64,000 bases of DNA, taken from NCBI GenBank assembly GCA_017647405.1, contig JAGCKR010000019.1, positions 1,913 to 65,912 of the forward strand, in the 5' to 3' direction. This stretch comes from Alphaproteobacteria bacterium (lineage in GTDB: Bacteria; Pseudomonadota; Alphaproteobacteria; CAAHEQ01; UBA3637). A program made the position numbers and the translations under genes. The notes under the pieces are model-generated. The model searched no databases. It was not told where the DNA came from and saw only the letters and a list, made by a program, of their open reading frames with translations. Shown here in pieces: positions 1-8,534 of this stretch (its first letter is position 1; every line of letters begins with the position of its first letter).

Positions 1-542
1 TCCAAATTACCTGTCGGCTCATCGGCAAAAATAATGGATGGATTATTTACCAGTGCCCTTGCAATAGCAACACGCTGTTGCATCCCACCGGAAATTTGAG
101 TTGGTAATCTGTCCTCATACCCTTTCAATCCCACTACTGAAAGCATTTCAACGGCCTTTTTATATCTTTCTTTTTCGCCAACGCCTCGATAAATCAACGG
201 CATTGAAACATTATCCGCAATGCTTCGTTTCATCAACAGATTAAAATTTTGAAAAACAAAACCAATTTTTTCACCACGCACTATTGCTAATTCATTATCT
301 GTTTTTAAGGAAACCAAATCTCCTTGTAGATAATATTTCCCGCTGGTTGGTCGATCTAAACAGCCCAAAATATTCATAAGTGTAGATTTGCCGGATCCGG
401 AATGTCCCATAATTGCAACAAATTCACCTGATTTGATTTGAAAAGAAATATGCTTCAATACAGATTGGCTCATCCCTCCTGCCATATAGTATGTTTTACA
501 TAAATCTTTAACTTCAATAACCGTTTGTTTTGTTGCTTTCAT
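1..542 (-). CDS. ABC transporter ATP-binding protein, MacB/LolD-like. N-terminal part only; the gene continues beyond the window start.
   Basis: Reverse translation from the ATG at 542..540 gives [14 protein letters not shown]...[22 protein letters not shown] (Walker A), then [15 protein letters not shown] (ABC signature). The ATG overlaps the stop of the upstream adaptor gene (TAATG). Confidence 0.8.
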   Translation of the reverse strand, partial: MKATKQTVIEVKDLCKTYYMAGGMSQSVLKHISFQIKSGEFVAIMGHSGSGKSTLMNILGCLDRPTSGKYYLQGDLVSLKTDNELAIVRGEKIGFVFQNFNLLMKRSIADNVSMPLIYRGVGEKERYKKAVEMLSVVGLKGYEDRLPTQISGGMQQRVAIARALVNNPSIIFADEPTGNL

Positions 543-1654
543 TATTTCCTACCATTTTTTTGAATATGTTCCGTGATAAAAGAGTCACCTTCTTTTAAAC
601 CATCTTTCACCTCAACATAAGAAGCATCCATGATTCCTCTAGTAAATACGATTGGGTGAATTTGACCGTTTTTAAGCTGATAAACAACGCTTTGATTTGG
701 ATTTAAATTTAAAGAAATTTTCGGCAAAAATTTACGAACAGCCGCATTTGGTTTATATTGCAAAGCCGCTGTTGGGATTCTTAACACATCATTGACATCA
801 TGAATAATAATTTGAACAAAAGCCGTCATCCCCGGCAACAGTTTTCTTGATGAATTATCCACCTCAATCACAACAGTATACATCACAACATTTGATTCTT
901 CAGTTGGAGATAAGCGAACTTGTTTAATCACGCCGGCAAATGAATCATTCGGATACGCATCAACCGTAAACGTTGCTTTCATTCCTGATTGAATGGCCCC
1001 AATATCCGCTTCTGCAATACTTGCTTCAATTTGCATTTTTGATAAATCTTCAGCAATAGTGAACAATGTTGGCGTTTGAAGACTGGCGGCCACCGTTTGA
1101 CCTTGCTCAACTTCCTTTGAAATAACGGTACCTGAAACAGGTGATGTAATTTGCGCATAACCATAATTGCGCTCAGCCTTATTATAATCCGCCGTTGCCG
1201 TCAACACATCAGCGTCTGCTATTGCTAAATTCACTTCGGCTTCTTCCAATGTTGCCTTTGCAATTAACTTATCTTTATAAAGTTTTTCATATCTTTTAAA
1301 ATTCAAATCAGCAACTTTCTTTTTGGCATGTGCCAAATCAAGGCGCGCTTTGGCATCATTTTTATTTTCAACCAATACCGCCGTATCTAATTGAGCCAAA
1401 AGTTGCCCCTCTTTAACTTCATCATTATAATCAACCAACACACGTTCAACTATACCGGAAACTTGGGTACCAACACTGACCGTATTAATCGGTTGAATTT
1501 TCCCAGAAGCGGTAACTTCTTCAACAATGCGTCCTTTTTCAACTTTCAAAATTTCAAAATCAGATGGTTTTAAAGTAGCCTCCTCTCCTCGAGAAAAATA
1601 AAAAACACCACCAATAACCCCTATTAATACCAAACTCCATATAATTTTTTTCAT
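542..1654 (-). CDS. Periplasmic adaptor (membrane fusion protein) of the HlyD/MacA family, from a tripartite efflux pump.
   Basis: 370 aa with an N-terminal TM anchor, a coiled-coil region and C-terminal beta domains. It lies between a TolC-like OMP gene and an ABC ATPase gene, with overlapping stop/start codons. Confidence 0.8.
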   Translation of the reverse strand: MKKIIWSLVLIGVIGGVFYFSRGEEATLKPSDFEILKVEKGRIVEEVTASGKIQPINTVSVGTQVSGIVERVLVDYNDEVKEGQLLAQLDTAVLVENKNDAKARLDLAHAKKKVADLNFKRYEKLYKDKLIAKATLEEAEVNLAIADADVLTATADYNKAERNYGYAQITSPVSGTVISKEVEQGQTVAASLQTPTLFTIAEDLSKMQIEASIAEADIGAIQSGMKATFTVDAYPNDSFAGVIKQVRLSPTEESNVVMYTVVIEVDNSSRKLLPGMTAFVQIIIHDVNDVLRIPTAALQYKPNAAVRKFLPKISLNLNPNQSVVYQLKNGQIHPIVFTRGIMDASYVEVKDGLKEGDSFITEHIQKNGRK

Positions 1655-2997
1655 TAAAATCTCCCTATTGCTCTATATAACGTTGCTTTACTCGTTAAAA
1701 CAGAATAATAAGCCACAATCACTTCTTTTCTGGCTGTTGAAAGTTGCGAACCAGCCGTCAAAAGGTTTAAAATATCACCTTTGCCAACCTGATACGAGGC
1801 AAAAGCCACCCGTTCATTTTCTTTAGCACTCTCCAAAGCTTTTTTGCTGATATCGTATGAAGAAACGGCTGTTTTATAATTATGATATGCAGTCCACACC
1901 TCATTTTTAACTGTTTGAGTGACATCTTCTTTAGAAAAGAATGCCTGTTCTTTTTGATATTCAGCCTGCTTTATTTTATATGTATCCGAAAAACCCGTAA
2001 ACAAGGGAACAGATACATTAATACCAACCGATGACCCATATTGATATAAACTCTCTTTCCGCCAATCATCATTCATCCCCATCTTGGCCGAAAAAGAAAT
2101 TTTCGGCAATGCTGCTGCTTTTTGAACCTTCACATTGGCAACTGCCGCCTCAACATCTTTTTGACTTTTTTGAATTTCAGGGCGCAATGTTAATGCCGTT
2201 TCAATCATTTCGGAAACAGGCATATCTCCCATTTCCAACTTTGTTAAATCTTTATCATTTTTAGGCTTTAACAAATTAAACTTTGTTTCAGGCGAAACAT
2301 TTAATAACATAGCTAATTTGCCCTGACTTGTTTTGACTTGGTTTTCAGCTTGCACAACTTCTAATCTGGATTCTTCATAGCTTGTTTTTGCTAAAAGTTT
2401 ATCACTCAGGGAAACTAACCCCAATTCATAACGCTTTGAGGATTCTTCAAATGATTTCTTAAAACTGGCCTCACTTGTTTTAGCGCTTTTTAAAATTTCT
2501 TGTGCACCAAGTAATTCAAAATAGGCATTATTAATACTTAAAAATGTATCTTTCAGCAAAGCATTATATTGAAATCCTGCTGCATCCAAATATTTTTTTT
2601 CTCTTTCCAAACGTGCTGACCGCCCACCAAAATCATATATCAACCAGGACAATCCTATATTTGCCGAATAAGGATCTGTTTCAAAAGAAGAAAATTCTTC
2701 CCCATTCGAATATGTTTTCGAAAGAGATCCATCAACATTAACACTTGGCAAATATTCAGATTTTGCACTCCCCAATTCGGCTTGCGAAGTTTTAACTTGC
2801 ATATATCCCTTATTTAACATCGGATTATTGCAAAAACCGATTTCCAAAAGTTCCGGCAACCCTATTTTATTTTGAGTTATATCTTTATCAATACAGCCTT
2901 GTGGTGACTGCGTATTAAAAACAGATAAAGGATCAAACGCCAACGCATTCAACGAAACAAAAAAAACACAACCTGTTAATAACAATCTTTTTTTCAT
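1654..2997 (-). CDS. TolC-like outer membrane efflux protein.
   Basis: 447 aa with a signal peptide (MKKRLLLTGCVFFVSLNALA) and two coiled-coil/beta repeats typical of the OEP family. First gene of the OMP-MFP-ABC operon. Confidence 0.8.
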   Translation of the reverse strand: MKKRLLLTGCVFFVSLNALAFDPLSVFNTQSPQGCIDKDITQNKIGLPELLEIGFCNNPMLNKGYMQVKTSQAELGSAKSEYLPSVNVDGSLSKTYSNGEEFSSFETDPYSANIGLSWLIYDFGGRSARLEREKKYLDAAGFQYNALLKDTFLSINNAYFELLGAQEILKSAKTSEASFKKSFEESSKRYELGLVSLSDKLLAKTSYEESRLEVVQAENQVKTSQGKLAMLLNVSPETKFNLLKPKNDKDLTKLEMGDMPVSEMIETALTLRPEIQKSQKDVEAAVANVKVQKAAALPKISFSAKMGMNDDWRKESLYQYGSSVGINVSVPLFTGFSDTYKIKQAEYQKEQAFFSKEDVTQTVKNEVWTAYHNYKTAVSSYDISKKALESAKENERVAFASYQVGKGDILNLLTAGSQLSTARKEVIVAYYSVLTSKATLYRAIGRF

Positions 2998-3174
2998 AAA
3001 AAAAACTCCTTACATGAGCTTAAACGAGAAATCCCCATAAAATGTTCAATTATTTTATAAAGATAGTAATACGATGACAAATATCGTGTCAATATTTTTT
3101 TCCTCCAAAAGAAAAGACTTGTATTTAAAATAAACTTCCTATAAACTAATTTTAAATTAAAAAGGAGTAATAAA

Positions 3175-3534
3175 ATGGATAAAATCATCAAAAAAATTGA
3201 AGCATTAAACAAATTAAACGATCAAGCTCATAACCCCAAAATTTTATGGGAAGAAATGAAACTCGTTTCAGATAAAGCCTTTAAATTACAAGAGGAAATT
3301 TTAGAACTGATTCAAAATGCCGAAGAAAAAGAAACAGATATCAGCGTTTTGCAACAACTTTTTGCAACAAGAGAAATTGTTTGGGATCTGATTGATGCGA
3401 TTGCAGAGCAAGAACTTTTTATTAAAGAAACAACGCATACCCCTCAAAAAAAGAAATGTTGCAACAAGAAGAAAAAAGAAGAAGCTTGCGAATGTGATGA
3501 CAAAAACTGTTGTTGCAAACATAAACATGGGTAA
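3175..3534 (+). CDS. Hypothetical protein with a Cys/Lys-rich C-terminus, possibly metal-binding.
   Basis: An RBS AAAGGAG lies 8 nt upstream of the ATG. The C-terminus reads CCNKKKKEEACECDDKNCCCKHKHG. No homolog recognised. Confidence 0.45.
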   Translation: MDKIIKKIEALNKLNDQAHNPKILWEEMKLVSDKAFKLQEEILELIQNAEEKETDISVLQQLFATREIVWDLIDAIAEQELFIKETTHTPQKKKCCNKKKKEEACECDDKNCCCKHKHG

Positions 3535-3545
3535 AAGGATAATTT

Positions 3546-3794
3546 ATGACAGAAAACTTAAAAAATCTTTCATTTGAAGAGGCTTTACAAGAACTTGAAA
3601 CGGTTGTCAGGCAATTGGAAACAGGCAAGGTTAAATTAGATGATGCCGTTCAAGCATATGAAAAAGGCGTCGCTTTAAAAAATTTATGTGAAGAAAAACT
3701 TAAAAATGCAAAATCTAAAATAGACTTATTAGTCATTGACAATACCTCTATTCCAACGCAAATGGAAGATTTTGATGCAAACATTAACGAATAA
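3546..3794 (+). CDS. xseB: Exodeoxyribonuclease VII small subunit.
   Basis: 82 aa starting LSFEEALQELETVVRQLETGKVKLDDAVQAYEKGVAL, which matches the XseB family. An RBS AAGGA is upstream and ispA follows, as in the xseB-ispA arrangement. Confidence 0.85.
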   Translation: MTENLKNLSFEEALQELETVVRQLETGKVKLDDAVQAYEKGVALKNLCEEKLKNAKSKIDLLVIDNTSIPTQMEDFDANINE

Positions 3795-4665
3795 ATTACA
3801 ACTGGCCAGAAAAAAAACTGACGAAGCTTTTTTAAATGCTTTTGCCGATCTGGTACTTAAAAATAATGAAATTGAAGAAGCGGCAACATATTCTTTTGTT
3901 GGTGGGGGCAAAGCTTTAAGGCCTTTTTTGGTTTTTACGGTGTCAGATTTGCTGGGTTTAAATCAACAATCCGCCACACAAATTGCCCTAGCCATTGAAA
4001 TGGTACACACTTATTCTTTGATACATGATGATTTGCCGGCAATGGATAACGATACTTTACGGCGTGGGAAGGCAACCTGTCACATTCAATTTTCAGAAGC
4101 TACCGCGATTTTAACCGGCGATGCATTATTAACAAAGGCCTTTGAAATTCTTGCCGATGAAAAAACGCATCCAGATGCAACTATCCGTTGTCAATTAATA
4201 TCTCTTCTGGCAAAAAACGCCGGTATAAATGGTATGATCGGTGGCCAACTTCTAGATTTAAGCAGTGAAAAAAATCCCCTTTGTGAAGATGAAATATATC
4301 TTATGCAAAAGTTAAAAACTGGCGCCCTGCTCCGTTTTTCCTGCATTGCACCTGCCATTGCGGCACAATCATCAAAAATAGTCATCCAACAACTTGAAAA
4401 ATATGCAGAATTAATTGGCATTTTGTTTCAAATCACTGATGATATTTTAGATGCAGTTGGAGATGAAATGATTGTCGGGAAAACTCTTCAGAAAGATAAA
4501 AAATCAAATAAATCAAATTTTGTAACTATTTATGGAAAAGAAAAAGCTCAACTTCTGGCCAATAAAATACATACCAATGCTATTTCGCTACTAAATGAAT
4601 CATCTTTAGATAATGATGGTGTTTTAAAAAATTTAACTGATTTTATTTTAACGAGGGAATATTAA
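3775..4665 (+). CDS. ispA: Farnesyl diphosphate synthase (polyprenyl synthetase).
   Basis: Carries the FARM motif LIHDDLPAMDNDTLRRGK and a second Asp-rich motif FQITDDILD. The ORF track starts at 3736; a likelier start is the M at 3775, which still overlaps the xseB end. Confidence 0.85.
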   Translation: MQTLTNKLQLARKKTDEAFLNAFADLVLKNNEIEEAATYSFVGGGKALRPFLVFTVSDLLGLNQQSATQIALAIEMVHTYSLIHDDLPAMDNDTLRRGKATCHIQFSEATAILTGDALLTKAFEILADEKTHPDATIRCQLISLLAKNAGINGMIGGQLLDLSSEKNPLCEDEIYLMQKLKTGALLRFSCIAPAIAAQSSKIVIQQLEKYAELIGILFQITDDILDAVGDEMIVGKTLQKDKKSNKSNFVTIYGKEKAQLLANKIHTNAISLLNESSLDNDGVLKNLTDFILTREY

Positions 4666-4666
4666 A

Positions 4667-5311
4667 ATGGCTTTACTTAAAAAAGAGCAGTTAACATTTT
4701 TTTTGGATCGACTCTTTGAATTATATCCAAACCCCAAATGTGAGTTAAACTATAAAAATCACTTCACATTACTTGTTGCTATTGTTTTATCTGCCCAAAG
4801 CACCGATAAAGGGGTTAATAAAGTAACTGACAAACTATTTGAAGTCGCCTCAACTCCTCAAGAGATGGTATCTCTTGGTGAAGAAAATTTAAAATCCTAC
4901 ATTCGTTCCATTAATTATTTTAATAATAAGGCCAAATCAATCATTGCCTTATCACAGCAACTCATTACCAAATATAACGGAATTGTGCCAAATACTGTTG
5001 AAGAATTGCTTTTACTCAGTGGCGTCGGAAATAAAACAGCCAGCGTCTTTATGAATGTTGCTTATCAAGCACCGCTTATCGGTGTTGATACCCATGTATT
5101 CAGACTTTGTCACCGCTTAAATATCTGTAAGGGGAAAACACCAACTGAGGTACAAGAAAAACTTCACAAGATTATTCCACAAAAATATAAAACTGATGTT
5201 GCTTTAGCATTAATTTTACACGGACGTTATACGTGTACCGCAAAAAACCCAAAATGCAAAATCTGCCCGCTTATCGATATTTGCACTGCCAAAGAAAAAA
5301 AGGGAATCTAA
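4667..5311 (+). CDS. nth: Endonuclease III (DNA glycosylase/AP lyase).
   Basis: Has the HhH-GPD motif LLLSGVGNKTASV...GVDTHV and a C-terminal 4Fe-4S cluster loop CTAKNPKCKICPLIDIC. Confidence 0.9.
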   Translation: MALLKKEQLTFFLDRLFELYPNPKCELNYKNHFTLLVAIVLSAQSTDKGVNKVTDKLFEVASTPQEMVSLGEENLKSYIRSINYFNNKAKSIIALSQQLITKYNGIVPNTVEELLLLSGVGNKTASVFMNVAYQAPLIGVDTHVFRLCHRLNICKGKTPTEVQEKLHKIIPQKYKTDVALALILHGRYTCTAKNPKCKICPLIDICTAKEKKGI

Positions 5312-6883
5312 ATGAAAATTATTTTTGTTTTATGTTTTTTTATCACACACCTAACTGCTTTTGCGCAAGGCTATTTACCAGAAAAAATTCTCAACCCCAA
5401 TAACCCTGAATATTTTGCCGAACGGATTGATAAAGTTTATACCGGTGAACCTATTGTTAAAATAGGCGGTGGAAAAGTGAAAAATACAGGACCAAGATTA
5501 AATCTTTCTACCAAAGAGGAATTGGCAGAAAAAGATCCCCCTCTCAATTTAATTTATAACATAAAAACCCCTTTCGGCATTCCCAAAACAGCTATCAATA
5601 CCGATCATACAACTGATTTTTATACAAAAATTCAAGTTATTGACAATAAAAATCTTTTAATACATGAAAATATTCAATTTGTGACAACAAAACCAACAAA
5701 AATTGAACGAGTTTTACCACTCATATTAACAAAAACAAATATGAAACCTTTTGAAATCAATGTTCTTTCTTTTGAAAAAAATGGGAAAAACATTAATTAT
5801 ACTATCGATCAAACAAAGAAACATTTTCATATTCAAAGCGTTAAGGAATATCCGGCAGGCGTTCATTCAATTAATTTTAAATATATCTTAAAAAACGGTA
5901 TTCAAAACATTAATTCACTGAGCCATCTTTTTGTCAGCATAACCGGACCAAAATGGAAATTCCCAATTAATCGTTTTCGCGTAATTGTTTTATACCCACA
6001 TAGCCCCATCAATTATCAAAAAGATTTATTATTCGGAAACAATAACGTTTCTATTAACGAAAGTTTTCTTTCTTCCACAGATATAAAAGGCAATACTCTT
6101 TATACCAATACCAGACCCATCCCTGCATTTGCCGATGTGCGCATTTTAGAGACATTTAATGGGAAAAATTTGCCTTTAAGTTTTGATGAAAATTTCTTAG
6201 AAAAATATTTTAATTATCTTTTAACCGGTTTTGCTTTTATCTGTTTAAGTTTTTATTTAACAATATCAAATATCTATTTGAAAAAGCAAACAAAAAAAGG
6301 TGAAAATATTTTAAAAAAAATTAATGACTTACCGACATGTGTTTTAATGATGTTGTGTAACAGAAATTTTTCCTCAAACAATTTATCCGATTTTAAACGC
6401 ATTGAAAAAACATGTAAAAAATCTTCACTTAAAACAAAAGTTCTTCGCACCTGCTTTAAGATAAAAGGTATGGGTGGATTAATGAATTTTCTTTTAAAAA
6501 GCACCGCTATTTTTTACCTAACCTATAAATACATTCTGACAGGTGGAATTTTGTTTTTCATTATTATGCATACAATTATTCTGGATAACTACTCAAAAAA
6601 CAAATACTTGATAATTGCAACAATTTTAATCTATCTGATTGAACTTATTTATCTTTATAAAAAAACAATCAAACCTTCATATTTAAATGCAATAAATGAT
6701 TTTAAGAAAAAAATATTGAATCCTTATTTATGTTATGGATTAAATGGTAAAACAATCATCTCTTTTTATAAGCGCTATTACAAAACGGTATATATCTTAG
6801 GTATTCATGATGATTTAAAACAGGTGATTACAGAACATTCAAAAAACATTTCTTTACCCTCGTTAAAATCAAAAGGAAAATAA
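5312..6883 (+). CDS. Hypothetical protein with a signal peptide and multiple C-terminal TM segments.
   Basis: 523 aa. The N-terminus MKIIFVLCFFITHLTAFAQG is a signal peptide, the composition is K/N/I-rich like the host genome, and hydrophobic segments occur in the last roughly 200 aa. The start abuts the nth stop. Confidence 0.55.
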   Translation: MKIIFVLCFFITHLTAFAQGYLPEKILNPNNPEYFAERIDKVYTGEPIVKIGGGKVKNTGPRLNLSTKEELAEKDPPLNLIYNIKTPFGIPKTAINTDHTTDFYTKIQVIDNKNLLIHENIQFVTTKPTKIERVLPLILTKTNMKPFEINVLSFEKNGKNINYTIDQTKKHFHIQSVKEYPAGVHSINFKYILKNGIQNINSLSHLFVSITGPKWKFPINRFRVIVLYPHSPINYQKDLLFGNNNVSINESFLSSTDIKGNTLYTNTRPIPAFADVRILETFNGKNLPLSFDENFLEKYFNYLLTGFAFICLSFYLTISNIYLKKQTKKGENILKKINDLPTCVLMMLCNRNFSSNNLSDFKRIEKTCKKSSLKTKVLRTCFKIKGMGGLMNFLLKSTAIFYLTYKYILTGGILFFIIMHTIILDNYSKNKYLIIATILIYLIELIYLYKKTIKPSYLNAINDFKKKILNPYLCYGLNGKTIISFYKRYYKTVYILGIHDDLKQVITEHSKNISLPSLKSKGK

Positions 6884-6884
6884 C

Positions 6885-7973
6885 ATGTTAAAAAAGTATA
6901 TATTTTGCATCACGACTTCTTTTTTATGTTTCAATTCAGCATTCGCAAATGAAAATTTGCCTTTAAATAATTCCGACAACAAGGATATCATTGAATTATC
7001 CGCGCCTTTATTTGGAAAAATCAAAAAAAGCAATATCACAAAAATTCAAGAACAATATAATAAAGCATTCGATGATGACCAACGAATTGCGCTTTATCTG
7101 AAAACGCCATATGACAAAAGACAATATGTTTTTCCGATGATACATGCCTCACCATTTATTTCTCACAAGATAAAAACTCATCCTGAAATCATTATATGGA
7201 AAAACAAAAAACCAACCATTATTGCCAAACAGTTAAACAACTTTGCCAAAAATCACTTAGATGATTTATCACCATTTTTTTATGTTTATCTTGATCCGGA
7301 TTTTTGGAATCCAAAAGTTAAAGAATCAAATTTAGATAATTCATTTAACAATCCTTTTGCCATGTTACCGCAAAAAGAGGCTGATTATGTTTATCCTACA
7401 CTTAAACAACTTTTTAATATTTCCAATCAACCCTCTGAAAATTATTTAAAAACAGAGTTATCCGAAAATGATATCCTCAATATTTCAAATGTATTAACTA
7501 ATTTAGACACCTATCAACCTGCCAACGGTTCTTTACAAGAATTATCACTCAAAATCATTAATTTACAAAAAGATCAAATCCACAGAGCCATTGCAGATCC
7601 TTTTAAAGTTTTTATCAATTCACTCAAAGTCTTAGGCGAAGAAAAATCCTTTGCTGATTTTTTGAAAAAGCATAATATTTCTTCTCCAAATGAATTTGCT
7701 GCCAAAGCCGATCTTACTTTAAAAGCATTTCAAATTTTGAATTTGAATTTAAATGCCGCCATTGAACTCAATCATGTTCAGTTTAACAGACAGATAAAAC
7801 CATTTGAAGAAACCGAATTTTTAAGTCAAGATATTGAACCAATAGACATGTATATCCGCCTTCATCAAGCCAAAAGCGGTGATGTCTACTTTATTAAACA
7901 ACACGCAGAGCTATTGAAAAGCATTTTCAAAAACAACTTTATTGATAAAGGGCTCATGATTTCGATTGACTAA
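6885..7973 (+). CDS. Hypothetical secreted protein.
   Basis: 362 aa with an N-terminal signal peptide (MLKKYIFCITTSFLCFNSAFA). The start is 1 nt after the previous stop. No recognised domain. Confidence 0.55.
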   Translation: MLKKYIFCITTSFLCFNSAFANENLPLNNSDNKDIIELSAPLFGKIKKSNITKIQEQYNKAFDDDQRIALYLKTPYDKRQYVFPMIHASPFISHKIKTHPEIIIWKNKKPTIIAKQLNNFAKNHLDDLSPFFYVYLDPDFWNPKVKESNLDNSFNNPFAMLPQKEADYVYPTLKQLFNISNQPSENYLKTELSENDILNISNVLTNLDTYQPANGSLQELSLKIINLQKDQIHRAIADPFKVFINSLKVLGEEKSFADFLKKHNISSPNEFAAKADLTLKAFQILNLNLNAAIELNHVQFNRQIKPFEETEFLSQDIEPIDMYIRLHQAKSGDVYFIKQHAELLKSIFKNNFIDKGLMISID

Positions 7974-8018
7974 AACAAAAAGAAACGATATACTCTCATA
8001 AAACAAAAGGAGTTAGAA

Positions 8019-8534
8019 ATGGTTTGGACACCGGAAAAAATTAAGTTATTAAAAAAATTATGGCTCAAAGGTAAAAGCACTGTTGAAATCGGCAAAGAAC
8101 TTGGCATGTCTAAAAATGCCGTTGTCGGGAAAGTACACCGGTTGGAATTAGCGGCACGCCCTTCCCCGATTAAAAAGAATCAAAAACAATCTGAACAAAA
8201 AACAAAAACAAGTAAAGAAAGTAAAACCAACAAGGTCACTTTAATGGATTTAAAATTGAATTCTTGTCGTTGGCCAATGGGTGACCCGAAAGATGAAGAC
8301 TTTCATTTTTGCGGTGCAGACACAGTAACAGGAAAGCCATATTGTTCCGAACACTGTAAAATTGCATACACATCTTTAAAAGAATTAACATTGCAAAATG
8401 CCAAAGCTAAAAAAGAAAAAGAAGAAAACAAATCTTTAGATGAAGATCTTGAAGATGATGAACTTATTAAAAAAATGGCAGAATCAAAAAAGAAACCTAA
8501 CTCTAAAACTTCTTCTACAAAAACAGAAAAATAA
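8019..8534 (+). CDS. gcrA: GcrA cell-cycle regulator.
   Basis: The N-terminus MVWTPEKIKLLKKLWLKGKSTVEIGKELGMSKNAVVGKVHRL and C-terminus CRWPMGDP...FHFCGADTVTGKPYCSEHC match the GcrA family, which is specific to alphaproteobacteria. Confidence 0.85.
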   Translation: MVWTPEKIKLLKKLWLKGKSTVEIGKELGMSKNAVVGKVHRLELAARPSPIKKNQKQSEQKTKTSKESKTNKVTLMDLKLNSCRWPMGDPKDEDFHFCGADTVTGKPYCSEHCKIAYTSLKELTLQNAKAKKEKEENKSLDEDLEDDELIKKMAESKKKPNSKTSSTKTEK